DNA of 39,983 bases from an uncultured bacterium (GTDB lineage: Bacteria > CAYJRR01), in assembly GCA_964372275.1 (NCBI GenBank), contig CAYJRR010000026.1, forward strand, positions 1-39,983, written 5' to 3'. Below are positions 24,844 to 34,035 of this stretch, one piece after another (position 1 is the first letter of the stretch; each line of letters begins with the position of its first letter). The translations under genes were made by a program, and so were the position numbers. The notes below the pieces were generated by a model, which was given only the letters and a program-made list of their open reading frames with translations, was not told the origin of the DNA and did no database searches.

Positions 24844-27549
24844 GTGCGAAACCTGCCCCGCGACTACGGGCGCTATCGCCTGACCGCCCTCCTGGGCGTG
24901 GGCGGAGCGGCCGAGGTCTACCGCGCCGAGACGCAACCGGTCGCCGGGATCACCCGGCAGGTGGCGATCAAACGGATCATCGGCGGCGCCATGCACGAGG
25001 GTGGCGTCGACACCTCGCTCCTGGACGAGACGCGAATCTGGGTACGGCTGCAGCATCCGAACGTCGTCTCGGTGATCGATTTCGGCGAAGAGGAGGGGGA
25101 CTGGTATCTCGCGCTCGAGCTGATCGAGGGGGTCACCGCCTCCGAATACGTGGCGAGCATGGGGGCGCTGCCGGCACGCGAAGCGCTCACCATCGTGGAG
25201 CGCGTGGCCAGAGCACTGGCCTACGTGCACGCGCTCGAGGAGAACGGCCGCCCGATGGGCCTGGTCCATCGCGACGTGAAGCCGGCGAACATCCTCCTGT
25301 CGAGCCGCGGCGAGATCAAGCTGACCGACTTCGGCATCGCGCAGGCCAAAGTCCGGAGCACCAAGACCCAGATGGGAGTGCTCAAGGGTAGCGCCTCGAC
25401 CCTCTCCCCGGAGCAGGTGCGCGAGGAGCCGCTGGACGGCCGAAGCGATCTGTTCGGCCTGGGATCGACCTTGCACGTCCTTCTCACCGGCAAGCCGCTG
25501 CTCGACCTGCCGCTGGAGCAGCTGCTGGTGGCGTTGGAGGAAAACCGCGTCCCCGACCCGCCGGCGGACCTGCCGGAGGCGCTGCAGGAGCTCCTCCGCT
25601 CGCTGACGGCGGCCGACCGCAACGCGCGCATCTCGAGTGCGGCCGAGGTCGCGAAGCACGCGCGGCTGATACTGACGCCGGACCTGGTCGAGGACGTCGA
25701 GCTCGAGATCGCGAGGAAGGTCCCGGTGGCCCGGAAGCGCTTCGACCAGGAGCGCTCGCGGCGATCGGAGAGCTTTCGACGCGCGAAGGCGGAGGCGTTC
25801 GCGGCGCGGGAGCAGGGCGCCTCCGGCCTGGTAAAGCTCGCGAGCGCCGATCCGCCGGCCGCCGCGCCGGAGGCGCCGCTCGAGGTTCCGGCCGAGCCGG
25901 AGCCGACGGCGACGGTCGCGTCCCCGTCCGTTCCCGCCGACACCGTTTCCAAGGCGGCCGATCTTCCGCCGGCCGAGATTCCGCAGGCGCTCGTCGACAC
26001 CCAGGTCGGCGTCAAGCAGCTCCCGCCGGAGTTGCCGGTACCGGGTCCGACCTTCGCGACCGAACGTCCGTCGGCGACGGTCCGGAAGGGAAGCACCGGC
26101 TCGTTCCAGAAGCCTTCCGACTCCGGTTCGGTGCGGAAAGGGGATTCCGGGTCGGTCCCGGTGCGCAAGGGTGATTCCGGCTCCGTGCGGCGAGCGGGGG
26201 AGAGCACGGCTTCGTTCTCCGTTCGAAAGGCCGCGAAGCGATCGAAGGTCGAGTCGGATCCCCTGCCGCCGTCGCCCACCGTCGAACGGGCGAAGACGCC
26301 GCCGCCGATCCCGTCCCCCGCGCCGGCCCCCGCGGAGGTCGCGGACGACGACGAAGAAGAGGACCTGCACTGGATGGCGGGGATCCTCGCCTCCAAGTTC
26401 ACGTGGATCGGACTGGCGGCGGTCCTGGGGATCGTCGGATTGATCGTGGGAATCCCGCTCCTGCGATCGGGCGGCGACACCTCCTGCTCGTCCGCGCAGG
26501 GCAAGGTGGCCGAGACGCTCCTGGCCGGCGGCGCCGGCGCGGCGCTGAAGGAGATCCAGTCCCAGTCCGCCGCCTGTCCCACGCTCGATCCCGATCTCTC
26601 GATCCGCGTACGGCTCGCGACGATGGCGGGAAACTCCAAGGGGGCGGTCGGCCTGCTGCCGCCGGCCTCGTCGCGCTCTGCGGAGCATCGCATCCTCGCG
26701 GCCTCCGTCGACTTCACCGACCGCAACTACCGCGCCGCGGAGGCTGCGGCCGTCAAGCTCGCCGGCGAGGGGGCGGAGAAGGTCGGACCCGCCGCGCGGT
26801 GCCTCGCGGCGGCGGCCGCGCTGAACCAGGACGACCCGAACCGGGCGATGGGTCACGTGTCGGGGCTGTCGTCGCCGTGCGCCGTCCTCCTCGCGGGGGC
26901 GGCGAAGCTGCAGAACGGGGACGCCGCGGGAGCGAAGGCGGAGATCTCCCGGCTGAACGCCAACGGCGATGCCACCGTCGAGGCGGCGATCCTCTCCGCC
27001 GCCGGCACCTTGAGCCTGGTTCAGGGCGAGATGACGAAGGTCTCGACCGACGCGGCGGCTGCGCGAGCCGCCGCCGAGCGGGCGCTCCTGACGCCACAGC
27101 CGTTCATCTGGTACACCGCGGCGAATCCGCGCGGCGGCGGGCGGATGGTCCTGCGGGTCACCGGTCCGTTCGACGATCCGGCGCTCTACACGCGCCTGTT
27201 GCAGGGGGACGCCGCGCGCGCTGCCGGGAGTCTCGAGCAGGCGCAGAGACTCTACGGCGAAGCGTTGCGACGCGGCGGGAGGACCGCGATTGCCGACCAC
27301 CGGATGGCGCAGCTGCTCCTCGCGCAGGGGAAGGCGCAACTCGCGCGGGCCAACCTCTCGCGCGCCATCCAGTTCGATCCGTACTACGCCCCCGCGTTGG
27401 TTCAACTGGCGATGCTCGACGAACGGGACGCGCCGTCCGCCGCGGTCCAGCGCGCGACGCAGGCGCTCGCACTCGAGCCCGAGAACGCCGACGCCAAGCG
27501 GATCGCCATGAAGGGCGCCCCCGCGCCCAAGCCCACCCGCCGCCGTTAG
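24844..27549 (+). CDS. Membrane Ser/Thr protein kinase with Pro/Ser-rich linker, TM and extracytoplasmic TPR-like region
   Basis: GVGGAAEVY, VAIKRI, HPNVV, HRDVKPAN, DFGIA, SPEQ, DLFGLG. TM FTWIGLAAVLGIVGLIVGIPLL. C-terminal TPR-like helices (RAIQFDP, ALALEPENADA). Confidence 0.92.
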   Translation: MRNLPRDYGRYRLTALLGVGGAAEVYRAETQPVAGITRQVAIKRIIGGAMHEGGVDTSLLDETRIWVRLQHPNVVSVIDFGEEEGDWYLALELIEGVTASEYVASMGALPAREALTIVERVARALAYVHALEENGRPMGLVHRDVKPANILLSSRGEIKLTDFGIAQAKVRSTKTQMGVLKGSASTLSPEQVREEPLDGRSDLFGLGSTLHVLLTGKPLLDLPLEQLLVALEENRVPDPPADLPEALQELLRSLTAADRNARISSAAEVAKHARLILTPDLVEDVELEIARKVPVARKRFDQERSRRSESFRRAKAEAFAAREQGASGLVKLASADPPAAAPEAPLEVPAEPEPTATVASPSVPADTVSKAADLPPAEIPQALVDTQVGVKQLPPELPVPGPTFATERPSATVRKGSTGSFQKPSDSGSVRKGDSGSVPVRKGDSGSVRRAGESTASFSVRKAAKRSKVESDPLPPSPTVERAKTPPPIPSPAPAPAEVADDDEEEDLHWMAGILASKFTWIGLAAVLGIVGLIVGIPLLRSGGDTSCSSAQGKVAETLLAGGAGAALKEIQSQSAACPTLDPDLSIRVRLATMAGNSKGAVGLLPPASSRSAEHRILAASVDFTDRNYRAAEAAAVKLAGEGAEKVGPAARCLAAAAALNQDDPNRAMGHVSGLSSPCAVLLAGAAKLQNGDAAGAKAEISRLNANGDATVEAAILSAAGTLSLVQGEMTKVSTDAAAARAAAERALLTPQPFIWYTAANPRGGGRMVLRVTGPFDDPALYTRLLQGDAARAAGSLEQAQRLYGEALRRGGRTAIADHRMAQLLLAQGKAQLARANLSRAIQFDPYYAPALVQLAMLDERDAPSAAVQRATQALALEPENADAKRIAMKGAPAPKPTRRR

Positions 27550-27563
27550 ACCGCGCCTTCGCG

Positions 27564-28250
27564 CTACGTCGGGGGAACGGCCCCGCCCTCCGTGCCGAGA
27601 AGGACGGCGCGAAGAGCGGCGACGTCGTCGACGAGCCAACGCGGCCGTTCGGCGGTGAGAGCCGCTCGGTCGCCGTAGCCCCAGGTGCAGGAGGCGACGT
27701 CGACGACGGCGGCGCGCGCCGTCTCGACGTCGACGACGCTGTCTCCGACGAACAGGATCCGTTCGGCCGCAACCGCCGGGTACCGTTTGCGGCAGATCTC
27801 GACGCACATCGGGTCGGGCTTCCGGGGCGCGTCGTCTCCGCACGCCACGACCGGATCGAAGACGTCGCCGAACAGCCGATCGATGATTCCCGCGGTGAAG
27901 ATTCGCGGCTTGTTGGTGGCGACGGCGAGCCGCACCGAACGGTTCCGCAGGTCGGAGAGCATCCGATCGATCCCGTCGTACGGGCGCGTGGCGTCGAGCA
28001 TGTGCTCGCGGTAGTAGGGGACGAAGACCTGCCGCGCCTTCTCCAGAAGCGACGGGTCTTCGGCGCGCGGTCCCAGCGCGCGGGCCAGGAGTCTCGTCAG
28101 ACCGCCGCCGACGAAGGTCGCGATCACATCCGCGGGAAAGGTCTCGAATCCCAGCTCGCGGAGGGTGTGGTTGGTCGCGGCCGCGAGGTCGAGCTTGGTA
28201 TCGGCGAGCGTGCCGTCGAGGTCGAAGATTGCAAGCTCGTACCGGGGCAT
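27564..28250 (-). CDS. gph: HAD-IA hydrolase, phosphoglycolate phosphatase-like
   Basis: FDLDGTLADT, FVGGG, RPYDG, VATNKP, RKPDP, FVGDSVVD, TWGYG. Confidence 0.88.
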   Translation of the reverse strand: MPRYELAIFDLDGTLADTKLDLAAATNHTLRELGFETFPADVIATFVGGGLTRLLARALGPRAEDPSLLEKARQVFVPYYREHMLDATRPYDGIDRMLSDLRNRSVRLAVATNKPRIFTAGIIDRLFGDVFDPVVACGDDAPRKPDPMCVEICRKRYPAVAAERILFVGDSVVDVETARAAVVDVASCTWGYGDRAALTAERPRWLVDDVAALRAVLLGTEGGAVPPT

Positions 28251-28255
28251 CGGAT

Positions 28256-28332
28256 GAATGGTCCGCCCTTCGGGCTTCCTCGGGGACTCCCCGAATGGTC
28301 CGCCCTTCGGGCTTCCTCGGGGACTCCCCGAA
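28256..28332. repeat. Perfect 37-bp tandem duplication carrying REP-like hairpins
   Basis: GAATGGTCCGCCCTTCGGGCTTCCTCGGGGACTCCCC at 28256-28292 and 28293-28329, followed by GAA. No spacer between the units. Confidence 0.95.
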
Positions 28333-28343
28333 CCCCTGGCAGT

Positions 28344-29057
28344 CTACCAGCGCTGGACCAGCCAGTCGCGGCCGTTCCGGCGGCGCAACCAACCCTCTCC
28401 CGGCGGCGGATTGACCAGCAGGGCGAGCTCGGTCGAGGACTCCAACAGGTCGTAGTCGTAGTGACTGTTGCCCGCGGCGAAGTGGGGCGCGGACCCCACC
28501 GCCGACCGGAACGCCTCGACCTTCGTCTCGAGCGTCGGAAGGGGGGCGGCGAGATCCGCGGCGATCCGTCCCCCTTCGACCTTCGCCTCCGCCGCGAGGA
28601 CGCGTTCCGGCCCGATCTCCAGCAGCCGCGCGCCCGCGGCGACGCACCAGGCCGGGCTGCCGGAGACGATCCACGCCTCCGCTCCGATCGACTTCAGCCG
28701 TCCGACGAGCTCGCGCATCGCGGGGAAGAGATGACGTTCCCACGAGGTCGCGACGAAACGGTCGGACCACTCGACGACCGTTCCGTGGTCGAGCCCCTCG
28801 AACGCCGTGACGCAGTGCTCGAAGGCGTGACGCAGATCACCGGTGGCGAGCCTCCGCTCGTACTCGCGCCACGCGGACCCCGCCTCGGGCCAGGCCGGAA
28901 GGCGACCTTGCCGCTCGCCGGCCCATTGCAGGAACGACTCTCCGACGTCTTCGCGCCACAGCGTGCCGTCGGCGTCGAAGGCGGCGCGCGTCGACGGCGT
29001 CGCGCGCGCGAGCCACGCGTCGAGCCGCCGGGCGACGTCGGGGTCCCAGACGGTCAT
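28344..29057 (-). CDS. HAD-IB (SerB-like) phosphatase
   Basis: AAFDADGTLW, IVSGSP, TKVEAF, AAGNSHYD. ATG 29057 overlaps the TGA of the upstream TPR gene (ATGA). This is the C-terminal part of track ORF 28344..31310. Confidence 0.88.
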   Translation of the reverse strand: MTVWDPDVARRLDAWLARATPSTRAAFDADGTLWREDVGESFLQWAGERQGRLPAWPEAGSAWREYERRLATGDLRHAFEHCVTAFEGLDHGTVVEWSDRFVATSWERHLFPAMRELVGRLKSIGAEAWIVSGSPAWCVAAGARLLEIGPERVLAAEAKVEGGRIAADLAAPLPTLETKVEAFRSAVGSAPHFAAGNSHYDYDLLESSTELALLVNPPPGEGWLRRRNGRDWLVQRW

Positions 29058-32000
29058 CTCTGCCCGAGAAGTCGCGGAGCGTCGGCCATCAGGCGGCGCG
29101 CGCCGGGATGGACGTCGACCGCCGCCGGGTCGACGGTGCGTGCATTGATCGCCCGGCGCAGCGTCTCGATCGCTTTTCGGGGATCCGCGTAGGCGTATTC
29201 GTGGGCGGCGAGGTTCAGCCACGGCTTCGCCGCCCCGGGAGCGCGCTCGGCGGCCGCGGCGAACGCTACGCCGGCCTCTCCGACCTCTCCGCGGCGCAAG
29301 AGCGCGATCGCCAACAGCCCGTGCGATTCGGACCGGGATTCGTCGACCTCCACCGCCCGGCGGGCGATCAGTTCGGCGGCGTACGGATCTCCCGCCTGCA
29401 GGTAGGCGGTCGCCAGCCGCGCCAACAGTCCGGCGTTCAACGGATCGCGCCGAAGCGCCTCGACGATCTCCGACGGCGAACGGAAGCGCCCGGCGCGAGG
29501 CGGGGGTGGACTCGGGCGTGAGGGCTCGCCACGCGCACCGAGCGCGGCGCACGCGGAGAGCCACGGCGAGAGCACGTTCAGCTCGTTCCCTTTGGCGACG
29601 CAGGCGCCGAACGTCGTCCGCGCCTTCTGGTCGATCGGGAGCGCCTTCTCCTCCAGGAGCCGGCGATACTCGGCCCTCTCCTCCGCGCTCAAGGCGGGAG
29701 GCTCGGGCGCCGCCCGGAGGAACTCCGCCAGTCCACGGTAGGCCTGGCCGACCCGGAACAGCGCCGCGATCGCCCACTCCGGGCTGCCGAGCTTCACCAC
29801 CTCCGCCGCTTCGGACTCGAGCTGCCGTACCCTCTCCAGGCGCCGCTCGATCGCCGCCAAATCCTCCGCCGACGCGTAGCGAATCGCCTCCAGGGCGCGC
29901 TTCGTCTCCTCCGTGAGAAGGAACGCGGCCTCCGCCGCCGCATCGCGGTCCTCCGGCCGGAGCGCCTTCGCCGCGCGCGAGGAGTCGACGGCGGCCACCA
30001 ACTCGAGCTTCGCCTCCTCCATCTTCCCGGCGCGCCAGAGCGCGTCGCCGACGACGAAACGGGCGAGCGGACCATCGCCCCCCGCCTGGATCAATCGCTT
30101 CGCCGCCTCCGCCGCCTTCGCCCAATCGCCGACCGCGCGGTAGGCCGCGATCGAACGCCGCGCCGCCTCGGCCGGCGAGATCCCGCCCGGCGCCTGCGAC
30201 AGGCGCTGGTAGTCGACCGCCGCGCGATCGGCCTGCCCCAACTTCTCCCGGATCGCCGCGGCCCGTTCGAGAAGGGACCACGCCTCCTTGTCGCCCGGGC
30301 GCGCCTTGACGTAGGCCTCGAAATAGCCCGCCGCGCGCCCGAAGTCGGCGGAGTCGATCGCCAGCCGCGTGATCGACTGCAGCACCTCCGGCGCGAGCTC
30401 GCTCCGCGCGTACCGCGCCAGGAATCGCGTCCCGGCGTCGTAGATCTTCTCCGGCTCGCCGCGGTCGCGGTGGGTGATGAAGAGGGTGTAGAGGGCCTTC
30501 TCCCCCAGCTCGCTTCCGGCGGACGACTCGGCGAGGCGCGCCAGCTTCTCGGCCGGATCCTCGCCTCCGTCGGTCTCGGCGAGGACGCTCCCGACGCGCC
30601 GGAAGTCGGCCTGCTTCCCGATCTCCGCCGCCTTCCGCCGGAACGCGGGATCGGGAAGGGTGGGGTCGGTCGAGAACGCCTTCGCCGTCTCCGAAAGTCC
30701 GTCGAGGTCCTCCAGCTGCGCCAGCGAGTCGAGCACCAGGTTTGCCGCCGCGTAGGCCTCTTTGGTGCCGGGATGGGCGCGGAGGTAATCGCGGAAGAGC
30801 GCGATCGCCGTCTTGTAGTCCCCCTCCTCGTAGTGGGCGCGCGCGACGTTGAAGGTCACCGCCGCGACGTCCCTCCCGTCCGGGTGGATCTTTGCGTAGT
30901 ACTCGCCGAGCTGTTTTTCGGCTTCGCGCGCCTGCACACGGCGGAACCGGCCCAGCCGGTCGCGGTCTGCGTTGGCGAGGTGGTACTCCGCCAGGGCGTC
31001 GTGGATCGCCTCCCGTTCCCCCGACTTCCGTTCGCGGGCCACCGTCTCGAACGCCCTCCCGGCCTCCCAGTGGAGGCCCGCGGCGGCGAGCGCCTCGGCA
31101 TGGTTCTCCTCCATCGCCAGCCGCGTCGCGCGATCGTCGAAGTACGAGAGGTGGGCTTGGTACGCCCGCGCGGCCTCGGCCGCGAGCGCGACCTTCCTCG
31201 CCGGATCGGGCTCCTTCTCCGAGGCGAGCTGGATCCGGGTGGCGATGTCCCGGACGTAGACTTCGAACTCCTTCCGTGCCGCCTCGCGGTCGGACCTCGG
31301 GATCCGCCACGACGACGCGTAGCGGGCGGCGATTTCGGTCAACACCCGCGCGTCATCGGCGACGAACGGCAGCGGTCGCTTGGCCGTATCGGGATCCTTG
31401 AGGACCTTCTGCGCGCACTCGACGAACCGCCGGCCGAAGCCGTGCGCGCGCTCCACGTCGTGGGTCAAGGTCAGCAGCGTCCGATAGACCTTGGACGCGG
31501 GGCCCCAGTTCTGCTGCACGTAGTAGCGGTTCCCCAGCTTCTCCAGGATCGCCGCATAGAGCGTCCGCGAATCGGCCAGAGCGCCGTAGTAGACGACCGC
31601 TTCCTCGGGCTTCTTCACTTCGGTGAACGGCTGCACCGAATCGACCAGCGCCTCTCGGCGCACGCCCCGGAGCTTCTGCGCGGTCGCCGCCGGCAGTCCG
31701 CTCGCGGCGGAGGCGATCGCTTCGTCCGCTGCGCGGGCGGCCCCTTCGAACTCCGCGAGCGCGGCCTTGTGGTCGGCATGGTTCATCGCGATCCAGCCGA
31801 GCTTGTATCGCGCCAGCGCCGTCAGGCCCGTATCCCGGCGCGCCACCACTTCTGCGTAGTGCTTGCGGGCTTCGTCCAGGTCACGGTTCTCGAAGTAGAA
31901 GTTCCCGAGGAGGAGATACGTCTCCGGCACCAGCGGACTGTCGGGGTGCTCGGCGATCAGCGCTTTGTATTCGCGGAGCATCTCCGGACGCTGCGAGAGC

Positions 32001-32500
32001 TCCTGGTGTTCGTGCCCCAGGTAGAATCGAACCTTGTCACGGTGGAGGAATCCCGGGAACTCCCGCAGGATCCGCCGGTAGAGCTCGATCGCGAGCTCCT
32101 TGAAGTACTTCGACTCCGGTGCGGAGATCGCTTCGCCGCCCGCCCGGGCGCCGCGCTCCTCCACCGCGCGATAGTAGAGAAGCCGGCTCTTTTCGACGTA
32201 CAGCTCGGCCAGGCGGAGAAGGACGTCGGCGAGGATCGCGCTGTCCTTGCTCTTGGAAAGCAGCTCCTTCGTGGCATCGATCGAGGCGTCGACCTTGGCC
32301 AGGTCGGACCGGACCCGCTTCAGGAACGCCTTGGGATCCTCGTCTCCGGCCCGGCCGAGGACCGAGTCCCCCGGCAGCGGCGCTCCGTCCGCATCGCGAT
32401 GCGGCGCCAAGGCGATCGAGACGAGGAGCCCCGCAGCGACCGCCCGTACGGCAGCCCGCGCGACGGGGCGCGCGGCGGCGAGGGCGGCGCCACCGTTCAC
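29054..32500 (-). CDS. Large exported TPR protein, GltD/NfsD-like, with extra C-terminal TPRs
   Basis: GTG 32500 overlaps the upstream TGA. Signal-like hydrophobic stretch, RLAELYVEKS, many TPRs. GltD-type tail PEWAIAALFRVG..APEPPALSAEERAEYR..PIDQKA..NVLSPW followed by further TPRs. Confidence 0.85.
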   Translation of the reverse strand: MNGGAALAAARPVARAAVRAVAAGLLVSIALAPHRDADGAPLPGDSVLGRAGDEDPKAFLKRVRSDLAKVDASIDATKELLSKSKDSAILADVLLRLAELYVEKSRLLYYRAVEERGARAGGEAISAPESKYFKELAIELYRRILREFPGFLHRDKVRFYLGHEHQELSQRPEMLREYKALIAEHPDSPLVPETYLLLGNFYFENRDLDEARKHYAEVVARRDTGLTALARYKLGWIAMNHADHKAALAEFEGAARAADEAIASAASGLPAATAQKLRGVRREALVDSVQPFTEVKKPEEAVVYYGALADSRTLYAAILEKLGNRYYVQQNWGPASKVYRTLLTLTHDVERAHGFGRRFVECAQKVLKDPDTAKRPLPFVADDARVLTEIAARYASSWRIPRSDREAARKEFEVYVRDIATRIQLASEKEPDPARKVALAAEAARAYQAHLSYFDDRATRLAMEENHAEALAAAGLHWEAGRAFETVARERKSGEREAIHDALAEYHLANADRDRLGRFRRVQAREAEKQLGEYYAKIHPDGRDVAAVTFNVARAHYEEGDYKTAIALFRDYLRAHPGTKEAYAAANLVLDSLAQLEDLDGLSETAKAFSTDPTLPDPAFRRKAAEIGKQADFRRVGSVLAETDGGEDPAEKLARLAESSAGSELGEKALYTLFITHRDRGEPEKIYDAGTRFLARYARSELAPEVLQSITRLAIDSADFGRAAGYFEAYVKARPGDKEAWSLLERAAAIREKLGQADRAAVDYQRLSQAPGGISPAEAARRSIAAYRAVGDWAKAAEAAKRLIQAGGDGPLARFVVGDALWRAGKMEEAKLELVAAVDSSRAAKALRPEDRDAAAEAAFLLTEETKRALEAIRYASAEDLAAIERRLERVRQLESEAAEVVKLGSPEWAIAALFRVGQAYRGLAEFLRAAPEPPALSAEERAEYRRLLEEKALPIDQKARTTFGACVAKGNELNVLSPWLSACAALGARGEPSRPSPPPPRAGRFRSPSEIVEALRRDPLNAGLLARLATAYLQAGDPYAAELIARRAVEVDESRSESHGLLAIALLRRGEVGEAGVAFAAAAERAPGAAKPWLNLAAHEYAYADPRKAIETLRRAINARTVDPAAVDVHPGARRLMADAPRLLGQR

Positions 32501-34035
32501 GGCGCGGCCCCCGGCTTCCCTTCGCGGGTCATCCCTTCGCAGCGGTCCTCGACCACCACACGCAGGTCCTCGAGCTCGTCGTTCCAGTACTCGCCGTCGA
32601 ACCGGTAGAACTGGATCGACGGACTGGCGGGTACGTCGACGATCAGCTCCCCGACCTCCGGCGGCCGCGTCCGCGCCCGCCGGTTGCGCGAGAGCGCGAT
32701 CTCGTATTCGAGGATGTTCATCTGCTCCTCGCTCTCCAGGAGCAGGTCGCCGAGCGACTCCACCTTCGCCTCGATCGACAGATAGAGCCGTCGCCTGGCC
32801 TCGGCCTGCTTCAGTTCGTAGAGCGTCGACAGTGCGGACTTCAGCCCGTTGGCCTCCCACCCGGTGGGGGTCGTCGTGCGAAGCAGGTCGATCTCCCTGG
32901 CGAGCGCGTCGACGAAGGATCCGCGCTCCCCCACCTCCGGCGAGCGCAGCGCGAGGGCGCGAAAGGTCTCGTCGGCGGCGAGATCGCCGCGGGCGTAGAC
33001 GTTCCGGATCGCCGGACCGAACGCCCGCCGGAACGACGCCACCGCCTCCTCCGCCGCGTCGAAATGGCAGACATCGCTCAACATCAGCGCGCGGAGGGTG
33101 TACTTCTCCGGATCGTCGAACTCCCGGTACAGCGGCGACTCCAGGGCCACGAGGAGCCCCAACGCGCGGCTGTACTCCCCGAGCCGGTAGTGACACCAGG
33201 CCCGCTCCAGGAGGAGCGGCGCGCGCTCGGCGCGCGGGAGGGAGATCGATTCGTACCGGGCGAGCGCCCGCCGGTACTCCCCGGCCTCGTAGTCGAGCCG
33301 GGCCAGGGTGAGGTCGACTCGGCGCGCCAGCCCTTCGTCTCCGACGTCGGCGGCGTCGAGCGCGAGCAGGCTCGATCGCGCGCGCTCCGCATCGTCGGCG
33401 GCGATCAGCGCGACCGCCTCCTGGTAGCGGCGCTCCCAGTAGAACGTGCCGCCGACCCGGAGGTCCTGGAAGCGCGCCTCCGCCCACCGGGCGAACCCTT
33501 CGCGCGCGTCGGTCGTTCCCTGGTGGAACGCCACGAAGTCGTCCACCCCTTCCGGGAGGTACCCGAAGTCGGTGTCGGAGAGCAGCTCTCCGACGACCAG
33601 CTCGGCGTCGAACGGCCGTGCCCGGACCGTCTCCGCCAGACCGGCGAGCGCGGGCGCGAGGAGCCGCGCGTCCCGGCGGCCTCGCGCCACGTTGACGTAG
33701 TACTCCGCCGCCGCATGGTGGAGACCGACACGGTCGAGGGCTCGGGCGAGGTGGAACTCCGCGCGCTCGTACTCCGGGATCTCCGGCGGATTTCGCTTCA
33801 GAAACGTCCAGAGCAACGGGACCGCGCGTTCCGCCGATCGCCGGTCGTCCGCGGCGGCCAGACTCAAGCCCTCACGGTACTGCTTCCGCGCGGACATCCC
33901 CTTGTCGGGCCCCGCCGCTTCGGGACCCGCCGCGGACACCCTCGCCGCGGAGGCCGCGGTGGCGAGACACGCCGCCACGGCGATCGCGCGCGCCGCCAAG
34001 GCGCCATCGATGCCGATCGCGCGCCCTCCCCTCAC
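32497..34035 (-). CDS. GltC/NfsC-like TPR protein
   Basis: GTG 34035 overlaps the upstream TGA. Signal peptide, AEFHLARAL, LTLARLDYE, LLERAWCHY, and C-terminal FDGEYWNDEL..RC motif recalled from GltC-family proteins. Confidence 0.82.
   Translation of the reverse strand: MRGGRAIGIDGALAARAIAVAACLATAASAARVSAAGPEAAGPDKGMSARKQYREGLSLAAADDRRSAERAVPLLWTFLKRNPPEIPEYERAEFHLARALDRVGLHHAAAEYYVNVARGRRDARLLAPALAGLAETVRARPFDAELVVGELLSDTDFGYLPEGVDDFVAFHQGTTDAREGFARWAEARFQDLRVGGTFYWERRYQEAVALIAADDAERARSSLLALDAADVGDEGLARRVDLTLARLDYEAGEYRRALARYESISLPRAERAPLLLERAWCHYRLGEYSRALGLLVALESPLYREFDDPEKYTLRALMLSDVCHFDAAEEAVASFRRAFGPAIRNVYARGDLAADETFRALALRSPEVGERGSFVDALAREIDLLRTTTPTGWEANGLKSALSTLYELKQAEARRRLYLSIEAKVESLGDLLLESEEQMNILEYEIALSRNRRARTRPPEVGELIVDVPASPSIQFYRFDGEYWNDELEDLRVVVEDRCEGMTREGKPGAAP

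Noticed and set aside
28256-28332. 37-bp repeats as a CRISPR array
   Set aside because: Only two units, directly abutting with no spacer, and no cas genes in the window.
22678-28770. 2030-aa minus-strand ORF
   Set aside because: Shadow frame across ppk1, the kinase and the HAD genes, which carry the real motifs.
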